The position numbers and the translations under genes are program-made. Shown here in pieces: positions 63,126 to 64,000 of a stretch of DNA of 64,000 nt. Each line of letters opens with the position of its first letter. Within the stretch, counting starts at the first letter, position 1. The notes beneath the pieces are model-generated. The model had not been told where the DNA came from. It searched no databases and worked only from the letters and a program-made list of their open reading frames with translations. The stretch comes from Mytilus edulis (Eukaryota): positions 61,566,001-61,630,000 of the forward strand of contig NC_092354.1 of NCBI RefSeq assembly GCF_963676685.1, read 5' to 3'.

Positions 63126-64000
63126 CATTCTTTTATGTTATTCAGTATTTGTCATTTGTTTATGTGTTATATATTTGTTTATCGTTCATTTTTTGTACTT
63201 AAATAAGGCCGTTAGTTTTCTCTTTTGAATTGTTTTACATTGTCATTTCTGGCCCTTTTATAGCTGACTATGCAGTATAGGCTTTGCTCATTGTTGAAGG
63301 TCTTACAATGACCTATAGTTGTTAATGTATGTGTCATTTGGTCTCTAGTGGAGAGTTGCCTCATTGGCAATCATGCCACATCTTCACAAAAATCAACATG
63401 AATAACATAAAAAATAAAACGTTGAGACTTGAGCGTGTACACTCGACTGTTAGCTAGGTCGATACCCCTAAAACGCAAAATTTTCGTTCAGTGATTAAAA
63501 ACTGAAATTTCTTTAAAAAGCATTGGACCATAGAACTATATATCACACTCATGGTTTAAATAAATGTATGCAAAGATCTAAATTTTAAACTCTAATTGTG
63601 TGAAAAACGGAATGATTAGAACAAAGACATTGCTGATATGATTAATTGTTTGGAAATGAATCATACTTCACACCCTACCAATTTAACCAGATATGTGAAA
63701 ATGTCCCAGCCATATAAAAAAAATCCAAGGTTAATATACGTTAAAGCAGAGAAATTGAGGTGAGGGCTACCATTACCGCATGTTGTCGATGTAGATGTTC
63801 TATCGTTTAGATCTATGCATGATTTTAGCATTACGGGGTTTCAACTTTTATTATAATAATGATCTGATTCAACATATAAAACATATAGTTACTTTCCATC
63901 AAATAGGTACTTAAATGTCTTGTTAAATTGGCATAATTTTAAGAAAGGGAAAGACAGTTATCTTTCTTACTTCATAAGATATGACAGTGAAGTATTGAAA

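Overview
AT-rich, intron-containing eukaryotic DNA. The repeat families and gene types suggest a bivalve mollusc, most likely Mytilus (inference, no database search run). Two host genes bracket a large block of nested mobile elements. (1) At 0.9-4.1 kb is the 3' end of an unknown gene built from tandemly duplicated 60-69 nt symmetric (phase 2) exons. (2) At 55.2-62.2 kb is an 8-coding-exon gene for a secreted protein: signal peptide, Ly6/three-finger-like Cys-rich domain and fibrinogen-related domain. It has two GC donors and one AT (broken) donor. Between them are: two co-oriented, decayed Penelope-like RTs that end without a GIY-YIG endonuclease, each followed by a hammerhead-like motif; a structurally complete Ngaro/DIRS tyrosine-recombinase retrotransposon (A1-gag-RT/RH-MT-YR-B1-A2-B2) interrupted by a 5'-truncated Naiad-like Penelope element carrying a clear SECIS hairpin; a 4.2 kb CAC...GTG element with a 5-bp TSD; a BEL/Pao element nested in a Gypsy element that retains an open accessory ORF; tandem hammerhead retrozyme repeats of about 365 and 243 bp; tRNA-derived SINE-like repeats; several MITEs and HINE-like elements; and a 21-bp minisatellite. 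Most short ORFs in the supplied track are spurious. All coordinates and translations were derived by hand.
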